Shown: positions 12,666 to 25,015 of the stretch, in pieces
How the letters are laid out: every line of letters begins with the position of its first letter
How positions within the stretch are numbered: position 1 is the stretch's first letter
Assembly (NCBI GenBank): GCA_013239625.1
Contig: MU053792.1
Coordinates: forward strand, 1,258,112-1,322,111
From: Lama guanicoe
Lineage: Eukaryota
Direction: 5' to 3'
Length of the DNA: 64,000 nt
Position numbers and translations under genes: made by a program
The notes under the pieces: model-generated
Database searches by the model: none
Told to the model about the DNA's origin: nothing
What the model saw: only the letters and a program-made list of their open reading frames with translations

Positions 12666-14460
12666 GACCACGGGTGCAGTGTGGTCAGTGGATTGGGAAG
12701 ATGGCAGAGGTGGTAGCCTTGGAGGTCACGGTGAGAGGAGGGGTACTACCCCTTGGGAGCCAGTCACTTGCTCCCATCTCCCTCGCTGCCTGGCCTGGGG
12801 GCTGCCTCTGCTGCCCAAGTCCGTCTTTAGGTCAGACTGCTCCCTAGGGGCCTGTGTGGTCCAGTTACGGAGTCACGGGGAGGATGAAAGCTGTGGCAGC
12901 TGTGGAGGTGGGATAAGGGGTGCTGCCATGTGTGAACAGGAGGATTTGCGCCCAACTCCCTGTGGTCTGGCCTGGGGGCAGCCTCTGTTGCCCCATGTTC
13001 GCTGGAGGCACATCCCCAGGTCAGCCAGCTCCCGGGAACCTTGTGCGGTGAGGTCAGCGGGCAGCGGCAGCCACGGTGAGAGGGGGGTTGCCCTATGTGA
13101 GCCCCTGAATTTGTTCTCGTCTCCCCTGAGGCCTGGCTTGGGGGCGGCATCTGCTTCCCCAGGTTTGTGGGACACATGTCTTGCATCATCTTTCTCCTAG
13201 GAGGCCTGCGCGGTGCGATCAGGGGTCGGGGGGCAGCAGTGTGGGTAGGGGGCCTGTCCCGGATGCTCCGCTTTGGTCGTCTTGCTCCCATCTACCCCGC
13301 AGCCTGGCCTGGTGCTGGCCTCTACTTCCCCAGGATCGCCGGACACAGGTTACAGGTCAGCCTGTTCTGGGACGCAGGCTCGGTGCAGTCTGTGCTGGGG
13401 TGGCTGCAGCAGGAAATAGCAAATTCCCGGGTTAGCACGGGGCAGCCCCAATCCCGCCACCACCGCTGCCACCCCCTGAGCGCAGTGCGCCCGCCTCCCA
13501 GGAGCAGGCTGACCGGGAGAAGTGCACTCTGCGAAGCTGGGGCGGCCCGCCCCCAGTCCAGGCCGCCAGGGAGAGGGGAGCAAGTCAACTGGCTCTCCCA
13601 GGGCAGCCCCCTCCCCGCCGCCTCTACCACCACTGCAGCCCCCTGACCTCACAGCCCTGGCCTCACTTGAGCAGACTGACATGTAACCCGAGTCCCGTGA
13701 ACCTGGGGCAGCAGAAGCTGCCCCCAGGCCAGGCCACTGGAGAGAGGAGAGCAAATGGGCAGGGTCACAGGGGCATCCCTCCTGCACCCCCTGCCTTCGC
13801 CCCCTGAGCGCACCGCGCCTGCCCCCAGGCAGCAGGCCGACAGGGAGACGTGCCCTTCTGGAAGCTGGGGTGGCAGAGGCCGCCCCCAGGCCAGGCTGCA
13901 GGGAAGATGGGAGCAAGTCGAGTGTCTCTCGGGCTGCCTCCCTCCCTGCCGTTGTCGTCATCGTCGATGCTGCAGCACTCGCATCCTCACTGCACCGCGC
14001 CTGCATCCCAGGAGCAAGTGGTTCCCAAGACATGCATCCCGCAAATCTGAGGCAGAAGAGGCTGCCCCAAGACAGGCTGCGGGGGAGACTGAAGTAAATC
14101 TACAGGCTCGCATAGGGCAGCTCCCCTAACCCACTGCCACCACCCCATGACCTCACCGCGGCCGCCTCCAGGGAGCGGGCTGGCCTGGAGAGGTGCCTCC
14201 AGTGAAGCTGGAGCAGCAGAGGCTGCCCCAAGGCCATGCCCCAGGGGAGATGGGGGCAAACAGACCAGCTTGTCGGGGGCAGCGCCCCTCTTCCTACCGT
14301 TGCCCCAGGTTCACAGGACACGCTTCCAGGTGAGTTGGCTCCCAGGAGGTGGGCACGGTGCTGTTGGGGCAGCAGCAGCAGGAAGGCAGCGGCAGTGTAG
14401 GCAGGGGGTCTGTCCTGGGGGAGCAGGTGGACCCGCTCCCATCTCCCCTGTGGCATGTCC
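12666..14460. repeat. GC-rich ~170-bp diverged monomer array with an internal inverted block; possible L1 5'UTR monomers
   Basis: The anchor ggcctggggg occurs near 12792, 12969, 13135 and 13306. Its reverse complement (cccccaggcc-like) occurs near 13551, 13721, 13884, 14065 and 14226. The forward orientation resumes at about 14293. Confidence 0.8.
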
Positions 14461-15640
14461 TGTGAATCTGTTTTGTAGAAGAGTTCAGTGCCCCTTCCCT
14501 CTTTTTTTTAAGATTCCACATGTGAGTGATATATGGTACATTACTTTCTTTTTCTGACTCACTTCATTTAGAATGATGATCTCTAGGTCCTTCCATGTTG
14601 CTGCGAATGACATTATTTTATTCTTTTTCATGACAGAGTAGTATTCCATTGTGTAAATACACCACATCTTCTCTATCCAGTCATCTGTTGCTACATTTAG
14701 GTTGCTTCCATGTCTTGGCTGTTGTATATAGTGACAATGTACTATGAACATTGGGGTGCAGGTATCTTTTCACATTAGCGTTCCCTCCGGACATATATCC
14801 AAGAGTGGGGTTGCTGGGTCATATGATAAGTCTGTTTTTAGTTTTTAAGTTTCCATACTGTTTTCCATAATGGCTGCACCAAACTACATTCTCACTAGCA
14901 CTGTAGGAGGGTTTCCTTTTCTCCACACCCTCTCTAGCATTTATCATTCATGAACTTTTGAGTGATGGCCATTTTGCCTGGTGTCAGGTGATACCTCATT
15001 ATAGTTTTGATTTGTATTTGATTTGATAATTGAGCATTTTTTCATGTGCCTATTGACCATTTGTGTGTCTTCATTGGAGAATGGCTTGTTTAAATGCTTT
15101 GCTCATATTTGGGTTGGGTTTTTTTTTTTTTTAAGTTATATGAGCTGTTTATGTATTCTGGAAATTAAGCCTTTGTCAGTCACATCATTTGCAAATAATT
15201 TTCTTCCATTCTGTAAGTTGTTGTTTCATTTTGCTGTGCAATACTTACGAGTTTAACTATGTCCCATTTGTTTATTTTTGCTCTTACTTCCATTGCCTGG
15301 GTAGACTGCCCTAGGAGAATGTTGCTAACATTTATGTCATCTTTTGGCCTTATTTTCTTCTAGGAGATTTATCATGTTTTGTCTTAAATATATTTAAGTC
15401 TTAAAGCCATTTAGAGTTTATTTTTGTTTATGGGGTGAGGGAGTATTCTAAGTTCATTGATTTACATGCTGCTGTCCATTTTACCCAACACCATTTGCTG
15501 AAGAGAGTGTCTTTTCTCTACTGTATATTCTTGTCTTCATTGTCAAAGGTTAATTGACCATAGGTCTGTGGATTTATTTCTGGGCTCTCTGTTCTGTTCC
15601 ATTGATCCGTCTGTTTTTATGCCAATACCATGCTGTTTTC
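14461..15640 (-). mobile_element. Second L1 fragment (3'UTR lacking its 3' end, plus ORF2 end)
   Basis: Colinear with 10730-11910 (agattccacat..., ggctgcaccaaact..., gtagactgccctaggagaa). Confidence 0.95.
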
Positions 15641-16989
15641 TTTTTGCTGTCTCAGCAGAAAACTGTGAATATGTTGATTTAGGCACTTGTCACATTGTGT
15701 CATAAAAATCTGTTTAAAAATCTGTGTCTGTAAGAAATCCTTTGGCTGCAAGTAACAATCAAATTCCAACTGGCCTTTTGGACGAGGAAATTGCTTATGT
15801 CAAGGGATGAAAAGCTGGAAGGAAGTAGCCTCCAGCTCGGAGTTTAAGAGGTGCAATCAAGGGAGAGGGGATGGAGTAGTTTTAAAATATGAATGGAAAC
15901 TCCTTTGCACGCCCCTCTTCTAAAGGTAGAGTCTAAATCCCTGTCCTTGAGTGCACATTCTTCTGGATCCTCATGGTCTTCATCTGTCTAATGGGGTAAT
16001 AATCACACTCACCTCCTAGAGTTACTGTCAGTACAGTGAGATCAGGCAGGTGATGTGCCTCAGGGAAGACAGTGTTTCCAGGAATGTTGATGGTCATTCT
16101 GCACCAGCAAAGATTCAGCTGTTGGCCAAGTAAGTTTGGGAAACTCTGAGTTAAGCTGGTTGGCTGTAGGATTCCTCAGAGCCTTGAATAAGCTAATCTT
16201 CATTGCATCCATCTAAGAAAGACATATTACCAAGCGGTGTTTCTTTAGTATATTTGACCCTAGGGTCCTACTTTGGAGGGCATTTTATGGGTCTCTGTCC
16301 ACTGCCTTAGCTCTGTGTTAGGGAAGCCACCTGTGGCCACCCCATGTCCTGTGGTGGGTCTGTGGTTGGTACCTCTCCTATTTGAGATGCAGGGCAGACC
16401 CTCCGCTGTGAGTGGAGCCCCGCCTTTCCTGCTGCCTTGTGTGAATTCTGGGCTGAGTTGACTTAGCAGTGGCCTCACCTGTACCTCACTTGTCTCCCAT
16501 AGTGCACAGGGGCTCATAGTCTCAAGGCTGCCCTGGGCATCTGGTGCCATGATGACTGTGGAAAGGCACCCGGCAGGTGGTCCTGGGGGGCCTGGGCACG
16601 CACCATGCTCTTCTTACCACCTGGGCCTTGCAGCTCCATTTGTTACCAAAAGCCCCTGGAAAGTCAGCTCAAGGACGACATGAGCACCTTTAAATAAAAG
16701 GAACCTTTAAAATCCACACGCCAAGTGAGGTGCTTCCTGAGTGGACCCCGTCATGGAGAACCCATCCTTGGCTTCCTTAGCTCCCAGGGTAGCTGATGGG
16801 AGTCAGGGCGGAAGAGGGCACTGACACAGATAGGGTGGCACACAGCTACTCCCCGCCGTTCCTCCCAAGTTTCTGTTTTTCTGCCCCAGAGAAAACAGCC
16901 ATTTCTCCTGGCTTTGAGAATGTGATGCAGTGCCCTTTCTGTGATGGGTTCTGGCCTCCTTTGTACCTGGCTGTCCCAGTGAGGCTGCT

Positions 16990-17625
16990 GTTTTTTTTTT
17001 TTTAATTTAATTTAACTTTGAAATATAGTCAGTTTTTTAATGTGTTAATTTCTGGTTTACAGCTTAGTGATTCAGTTATGCATATATATATATATATATA
17101 TTCCTTTTCATATTGTTTTTCATTATGGGTTACTACCAGATACTGAATATAAATTTCCTGGGCTAACAACAAGTTTAGCTATTTTTTTTAATTTGTGGTT
17201 TTTTTTTTTTTTTGGTGGAGAGAGGCAATCAGGTTTACTTTTTTTTTTTTTTTTTTATTTAACTGCAGTACTGGAGATGGAACCCAGGACCTCGTGCATG
17301 CCAGGCACATACTCTACCACTGAGCTATATCCTCCCCCATATTTTCCTTTTTTAAAAGTATAATCAGTTTACAATGTTGTGTCAGTTTCCGGTGTAATGT
17401 TTTAGTCATACATGTATGTACGTATATTGATCTTCATGTTTTTTCATTATAGGTTACTACAACATATTGAATATAGTTCCCTGTGCTGTACAGTAGAAAT
17501 CTGTCTATTTTGTATATAGTGGTTAGTATCTGCAAATCTCAAACTCCCAATTTGTCCCTTCCTGCCCCTTTCCCCCTCTGGTAACCATAAATTAGTTTTC
17601 TGTCAGTGAGTCTGTTTCTGTTTCG
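16990..17625 (-). mobile_element. Two short L1 3'-end fragments flanking a SINE
   Basis: ttgaaatatagtcag... at 17018 and aaagtataatcagtttacaatgttgtgtc...gtaaccataa at 17355-17590. Confidence 0.8.
17197..17338 (-). mobile_element. Camelid tRNA-Ala-derived SINE (Vic-1-like)
   Basis: gaacccaggacctcgtgcatgccaggcacatactctaccactgagctatatcctccccc plus T-tracts. Confidence 0.88.
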
Positions 17626-18136
17626 GGAGGCTCCTTCTTAAGGCAGAAAAGGCTGTGGGTGAGGGAAGGGAAGCCTGTTGGGCCGAGGGTTCAGACTCAG
17701 GGTTTATCTGTCCCAGCCGCACAGCTTTGATACCCATAGTGTGGAGTTAGTTTGGGATTCCCAGGGCTGTTGGGCCATTTTGGGATGAGCAGAGCCTCTG
17801 AGTGACAGTTCTTGGTCTATTCTGGGGACCATATGGAATCATTGATTCCTCTCCCCAGAGAAACACACCCCAGACAGACACAGACAGGGTACAACCCCTT
17901 GGATTAGGTCACTGTGAGTCTGCTCTCTTCTCATTTCCTTTTTGCGGTCCCTATTTGGTGTTGCCTTCCTTCCCTTTAGGGCTGCATTCGTGCCTGTGCC
18001 CAAGACAGTGACGGTGAGACACATGGATGACCAGTTCCTCCATCTGTGATCCCCCATCTTGGTGGTGACAACATGGGTGACAGGGACCAGAGCATGAGCT
18101 TCCCTCATCCAGAGCCTGGATTGGGACAAATCAGAG

Positions 18137-18272
18137 CTGGAGGATGGGGGATGGGGAGGAGAGGAAAGAGATGGGGAGGGAAGAGGGTAGGAGAGGATGG
18201 AGGGAGTGAGGAAAGAGACCCAAGAGGAGGGGGAAGGGGAGGGGCAGGTGGGAGGGGAGGGGCAGAGGGAGC
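18137..18272 (+). repeat. Polypurine GA-rich low-complexity tract
   Basis: Almost exclusively G/A, with many GGG runs. Confidence 0.8.
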
Positions 18273-18858
18273 AAAGGTTCCTGACTGTGGCATTCAGGAC
18301 AGGGTGACATGTGAGTGATGCTTGGTGACTTAAGAGAGATGTTGGTGGCCTGAAAGGGAAGGAGACAGAAAGCAGGGCTTTTCAATATGAGCATTCGTGT
18401 CACTGTGACAGCGGTCATTTATCACACCCTGAATGGGAGCTCAGGGTCCAGTGCTGCTGCCAAAGGCCTCTGGGTAAAGTTTTACCTGAGTGTGAAAGGG
18501 TCTGGGGCCTGGCCGAGCAGCAGCTCCTGGTGCTTCCAGGGCTGCGGGGGTGGCCCCCTGGGGGCTGTGTGTTTGGAGCAGAAGGACTTTGGCACCAGGA
18601 GAGGGGACACAGGACAGGATGTTTGCAGGTGGGGGACCCCTCCAGGCATCCCTGGCCATTGGGGAAAGGGGCTGCTTCATAGAGGGGCCTGGAAAGACCT
18701 CCAGGCACTGAATCAGGACCCTTCCCCCATTCAGTCTTGTGAGCCTGCCAAGTGGGGGGCATATCTGGGCAAATGATGTCACTGGTACCAGTTCAAGTTT
18801 TTAGAAAAAGATATTATTTCATACTTACCATGTGTAGGTCATGTATAGATTTTTAATG

Positions 18859-18966
18859 AGGGCGACCCTCCATTTGCTGTCCGGGAACTCGGGTTTCCTG
18901 GGATGCCGGACGTCCCATGTTAAATCTGGGACAGTCCTGGGCAAAGCAGGACAGCTGATCGCCCTA
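18859..18966. mobile_element. Short hAT DNA transposon fossil (MER94/MER81-like)
   Basis: Terminal inverted repeats agggcgacc...gatcgccct and the internal motif ctgggacagtcctgggcaaa. Confidence 0.65.
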
Positions 18967-19849
18967 ATATTAATTTGATTTCACAGTAGCTCTTGGAAAG
19001 AGGCACTGCATTTATCTCCACTTACAAGTAAGGAAACGGGCAGGGAGGACAAAGTTCCAGAGGCTGGAGGCCACAGAGCCAGGGAGCGGGAGGGCCTGGG
19101 TCTGGAGGTAACTAGTCTGGTGCCTAAATGTGCGCTCCCAACCGCTCCCCTGTGCCGCCTGGAACCTGGAGGCGACACCAGTGTGATGAACATGTTTTCT
19201 GAACAGTGAACCAGGATGATGGGGGCCAGGGGGTCACTGGTCTGTAGGTCCCAGTGCTTGAGACAGGCCTGCCCCTCCCTGACTTCTTGGTCCACCTGGT
19301 CCGCAGAGGGGCGGCAATGGCAGAGCCCATCTGAGGAGATGGAGGCGCTGGAGCATCTCTTCTTGCTGCTGATGGAACAGCCCAGCTAGGAGCAGGGAAC
19401 CGCTAGCAGGTTCTCTGCTGCTTTAGCCCCAAAGCCCAGCCACCGAGGCCTGGCTGGCATGGGCTTCCACCCCAAGCTATGTCTCCTGTGATCCTCTCCC
19501 AGCTCCTGCCAGAAGCCTTGGCTTGTTGGTCCATTCCAGCCCAGCCCAGACCCCTCGCCTCTTGGCGTGATGGTAGGACCTTGCTGGGTTTGGTCGTCTC
19601 ATTTGGAGAAGCCACAGTGTAATATCCAAGAGCTGACTGATGGGGTGTGAGTGATGGGAACACAGAGGTCTTGGGTGGCAGAGAGAAAGGCCACCAGAAA
19701 GCAGTGTAAGCCTCCTCAAAGGACCGGGTGACGGGGGATTCAGAGAAACGTGCTGGAGGAGGCCGGAGGGGGAGGCATCGCTCAGGGACCCGGGGCCCGT
19801 GAGGCTTCCCACTCCTCCCTCCTGTAGCATCATCCACTCAGCACGTGCG

Positions 19850-20180
19850 TAGCCTGTTCACTGGCACCTACTATGTGCTTGTTCTGGGTTAGGCTCAGGG
19901 TATACAGGAGGAAATCTGACATGGTCCCTGCCCCGTGGGGGCAGGCAAAAGACCAACATGAATCAAGTAAATTACACGTTATGATTAGTATTGTGAAGTC
20001 GATAAATGGGGTGCTGAGATGGTGAACGACACGGGGGTTTGGGAAGGCCTTGCCGAGGAGGTGACATGTAAGTGGACCCTGAAGGATGGACTGGAGCCAG
20101 CCAGGGAGGGATAGGGACAGGGTCCAGGCCTAGGGAACAGCGTGTGCAAAAGCCCCGAGCTTGCAGTGTGTGAAGAACTA
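19850..20180 (-). mobile_element. L2 3' fragment
   Basis: cacctactatgtgc..., acatggtccctgccc..., gaggaggtgacat..., gggaacagcgtgtgcaaaagccc. Confidence 0.75.
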
Positions 20181-23100
20181 AAAGATGGCTCGTAAGATTA
20201 GAGCACCATGAGTGGCATGGGGCAGAGGCTCAGTTCTCCCAGAGCTGCCCCTGCCACCCTCCACCCCTGAGCCTCCCACTCCAGCCTTAATTGTCTCAGA
20301 GGAGCTGAGCAGGGAGTCTGTGAGGGGCTCACATTTGTGCCTTGCACAAGGGACATTAAGTGAACAGGGTCCCTCTCTGTTTTTCATGTCATTAGTTGGT
20401 GACCTTCAGACTCTGAAATAGCATTTTTCCTCTCCCATCCCTGATTTCAGCATGCTTGGATATGTTAGGAATTGCTGAAATGAGATGGGGATGTATGGGT
20501 AGTTAAAAACAGCCTTCTATTCTGCCCCAATTATGTATCAAATTATGTTACAATTATTCCCAAATAAACTTGCTGAGAATCTCAAAAGTGGAGGTCCTGG
20601 GAGCTTCAGGAGAAAAGTGAAATAGGGCACAGTTTGGGGTGGTGGCCCTATGCCTGGCCTGCGTGGGCTCTGAAACCCAAGCAGTGCGTGTGTGTGAGTC
20701 TGTGGGTGTCCGTGTCTGTGTTATCAATTCGTTTGCCTTGCTTTGTCTGTCAGGTGTCATTGGCTTGGGCCTTGGCAGCTGTAGGAGGGCAGCAAGAGGT
20801 CTTGTGCAGTCTCTGTGCCAAGGGATCTGCTAAGACGCCACCATTCCCTAGCCATGTGATTGCGGAGAAAGCCTTGGAGCCTCAGTTTCCTCCTCTGTAA
20901 AGAGGAGGTGATGCCAGTGGCTCTAGTCTCTAGTACCTGGCACCTGGGGGCTCTTGGGAAATGGGATGAGTCACCATTTTTACTGCTGTTAGCTCACCAG
21001 TTGGGTCCATCATGGTTATCGGCTTCTCTCGGGTGGGAACCTGCCCTTCCCTCTGACTCTGACTCCCTCTGCCAAGCTGATCAGGCTTGGGGCTCAGGCC
21101 TCCGCAAGGCTGCAGCCTTCCCTGTAAGACTGACGACGCTGCAGAGCACCTCCCCTGCCTGGCCCTGTGCAAATGCTCACTCAGTCTTGGGAGGGAGGCA
21201 TGGACTCGTTCAAGGTGTTTCTGCTAAAAAGTGGTTGAGTGGGATTCAGACCCGGGTGTGCCTCTGAGGCCCCAGGCCCCAGGAGGTGACAGGGCGCCAC
21301 TTGGTCCCCGGGCTGGCGGGGAAGTTTCCTCTGAGTGGTTTTCAGCCATTCATTTTATGCAAGGAGCCAGCCTCCCCTGTGGCTCTTAGGAAAGGTCTGG
21401 ATTAATCTTTATTAGTAACTTATTAATAATTATTAATCATCATGAGGCTACTGCTGTTGTGGAGGCTCCGACCTAGGCTGCCTCCATTCCTCTTCTCCCA
21501 CGACTGCCACCCACAGCCGCTCCTGTTCCAGGCCTGAGGTGGGGGACGGGAGGTGTTCCCATCAAAGGACCCTTCCCCTCTCTATTAGGTGGGTAAGGTT
21601 GCCCACGGCTGTTAAGGCATTTTCGGCTGAGACCTCAGAGCCTGCTGAAACCTTGCTGTGGGGTGAACTGTATCCCCCCACAAAAGATAGTTGGAATCCT
21701 AATCCTCAGGACCTGTTTCCAAATAGCGTCTTTGCAGATAATCAAGTTGAAATGAGATCATTGTGTTGGGTGCTATCCGGTATGATTGTGTCCTTATAAA
21801 TGGGGGAATGTGGTTTGCAGAGTCCCAGCTCCAGCATCAAAATGAGAGTATAGTAGAGGTTTGAAACTTAGAAACAGTAGCTTAATAACTGACACACTGT
21901 AAGTCAACAAAAATTTAATATAGATACAGGCTGCATTATTAGAAGTATAAAGCCTAGTTTGAGGGAGGTGATAATCACTTTTTATCTTGAACTGGTCAGA
22001 TCCATTGTGTTCAGGTGTGTGTACAACAATTCTAACAGGATCTAGCCCCCCCTGGAGTCCACGTTGATAAGTGTCTTAACCTGGGGAGGAGATTCAGAAT
22101 CAAAGCAACATGAGGAACACATGATCAGAGGAACTAAGGACTCAGAGGAATAAGCACTGTCCTCACGTCCCTCAGGCTGCAGGTGAGAGACAGAGGCAGC
22201 TCAGTCTGGATGGTTCTGGGTGGGCAACAGTGGGCCCCAGAAAGGCAGGTTCCAGCTTTGAGATAAAGGAGATTGTTTTCCTTAAAAAAGGAAAAAAAAA
22301 AAATTTCTTCTCCTTGATGGTAGAAGCAATGCCTGCTTGTTACAGAGCACTTGGAACATATGGGTTACTGGGATGCAGGATAGACATTATCTTTTAGAGT
22401 TCTGGGTGCAAAGGGCTAGACCCCTCCATTCTGTGAGCGGAGGGCCCTCAAAGCACTTGCAGGAGGTCTGCGTGTTCCCTGCTGGCTTTGTTCTCTGAGC
22501 CTCCCCGGATTAGACCCCTGCCCACGTGGCCCTGAGATTCAGCTTGCTTGGCGTCAGTTCCCCCTGGGCCAGGCCCTCAAGGGTTCAGCTTCTAGTCCAG
22601 GTGCTTATCAAGGCATTTCTCCAAAGCCAGATTCTTTCCTCAGAGAAATTCTGGCTCCAGCTCTCAAGATAATTACATTTTTTCCACCTTGTTGCCTACA
22701 GAAAAGTTTAAAGAAGCAAATAAAAACCATTTGTAATTATACCTCCCAAAGATGACCACTGTTAACATTTTGGCCTTTTTCCCCCTGCACCAGTATATTC
22801 ATTTTTAAGATCATTGGGATCATGGTGAATATGTAATTTTATATCTTGCTTCTCCTTATCCCCCTCACTTAACACATGAGACGAAACCTCATTTAAATTA
22901 TCTTCATCAGTAGGAATCGGGGAGCCTTAAGGCTGTTAGAGTACCACGGCTCTATTTTTACTGCTTTGAGCCTGCAAATGTGTAACACGCCATATGTCTG
23001 AACATACGCGTGCATAGGTGGCCTCCATTGTGCAAATACTTAACACACAGATCTGCATTTCTTTGAGAGTTTATGTAAGTATTCTAAAGAAATAAACATG

Positions 23101-23570
23101 GGCTTTTGATTTCTTAAATTTTTTTCCAGGCTGAAACATACAGGCATTTTTATTTTGGAAAATACATCATGGGATGTTTTCAGTTTGGTGTATTTTTGTT
23201 GCTTATATTTAAGCCTTGGGAAATAACCTGTTGCATTTGTAAGCCTTTGACTTTTTTTTCCTGTTTTGTTATTGTTGTTTATTGCCAAAACCGCATTAAA
23301 AGTGCTTCAAACCTCTTGTTAAGTATAGGGAAGGAGGACTACAACACTTCCCACCTCCCCAGCAAAGCTGTTTACAAGGCTGATATTGTCCTAAGAAACG
23401 ACTTTATAGGTTTTCATGAATCTGTATACATTTTTACATGTGTATTTTTATTCAGGCAAAGGACTGAACAGGGACTTCTGATCATAGGTGGAAGGAGCAA
23501 TCTGGATATCTGTCTGTACCTAACCCTTCAAGTAACATCCTAAGGCTTGGGCTGCTTCTGGGTAAGTTCT

Positions 23571-23700
23571 GTTTTTTTTTTTTTTTTTTTTTTTTTCCAT
23601 TATTTTTTTTTTTTTTTCCATTATTTTTTTTTTTTTTTCCATTATTTTTTTTTTTTTTTCCATTATTTTTTTTTTTTTTTCCATTATTTTTTTTTTTTTT
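23571..23700. repeat. Patterned L1 tail: (T15 CCATTA) x5 with a 21-bp period
   Basis: ccatta at 23597, 23618, 23639, 23660 and 23681. Confidence 0.95.
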
Positions 23701-25015
23701 AATTTTTATTGAAGTACAGCCAGTTACAATGTGTCAGTTTCTGGTGTGCAGCATAGTGTCCCAGTCGTGTATGTACATACATGTATTCCTTTTCATATTC
23801 TTTTTCATTAGAGGTTGTTGTGGGATACGAAGTATAGTTCCTTGTGCTATACAGAAGAGACTTTGTTTTTTAAAAAATCTATTTATATATATAGTGGCTA
23901 GCATTCATAAATCTCAACTCCCAAATTTATACCTTCCCACCCTCTTTCTCCCAGTAACCATAAGATTATTTATTATGTCTGCAAGTCTGTTTCTGTTTTG
24001 TAGATGAGTTCATTAGTGGCCTCCTTTTTTTCTTTTTTTTAGATTCCACATATGAGTGATATCATGTGGTTTTTTTTCTTTCTCTTTCTGGCTAACTTCA
24101 CTTAGAATGACGATCTCTAGGTCCACCCATGTTGCTGCACATGGCATCATTTGTTTATGGCTGAGTAATATTCCACTGTATAAATACACCACAACGTCTT
24201 TATCCAGTCATCTGTCAGTGGACATTTAGGTTGTTTCCATGTCTTGGCTATTGTAAATAGTGCTGCTGTGAACATTGGGGTGCATGTATCTTTTTGAATT
24301 AGAGTTCCCTCCAGATATATGCCCAGGAGTGGGATTGCTGGATCATATGGTAAGTCTGTTTTTAGTTTTGTGAGGAATCTCCATACTGTTTTCTATAATG
24401 ACTGCACTGAACTGCATTCCCACCAGCAGTGTAGGGGGGGGTCCCTTTTCTCCACAGCCTCTCCAGCATTTGTCATTTGTGGACTTTTTAACAATGGCCA
24501 TTCTGACTGGTGTGAAGTGATACCTCATTGTAGTTTTGATTTGCACTTCTCTCATAATTAGTGATATTGACCATTTTTTCATGTGCCTATTGGTCATTTA
24601 CATGTTTTCATTGGAGAATTGTTTGTTTAGGTCCTCTGCCCATTTTTGGATTGGCTTGTTTGTTTTTTTATTATCAAGTTGTATGAGCTGTTTATATATT
24701 CTGGAAATTAAACCTTTGTCAGTTGCATCATTTGCTAATATTTTCTCCCATTCCGTAGGTTGTCATTTTGTTTTGCTTATGGTTTCCTTTGCTGTGCAAA
24801 AGCTTATAAGTTTGAGTAGGTCCCATTTGTTTATTTTTACTTTTTTTCTATCGCTTGGGTAGACTGCCCTAGGAGAAGATTGCTGAGTTTTATGTCAGAG
24901 AATGTTCTTCTAAGAGGTTTATAGTGTCTTGTTTTATGTTTAAGTCTTTAAGCCGTTTTGAGTTTATTTTTGTGTATGGTGTTCTAAATTCATTGATTTA
25001 CATGCTGCTATCCAA
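23701..25015 (-). mobile_element. 5'-truncated L1
   Basis: L1 3'UTR plus ORF2 end ([35 protein letters not shown] 24343-24597). Confidence 0.95.

Noticed and set aside
12481..14557. Many ORFs of up to 239 aa
   Set aside because: They fall on antisense L1 and the GC-rich monomer array, and are open in several frames on both strands.
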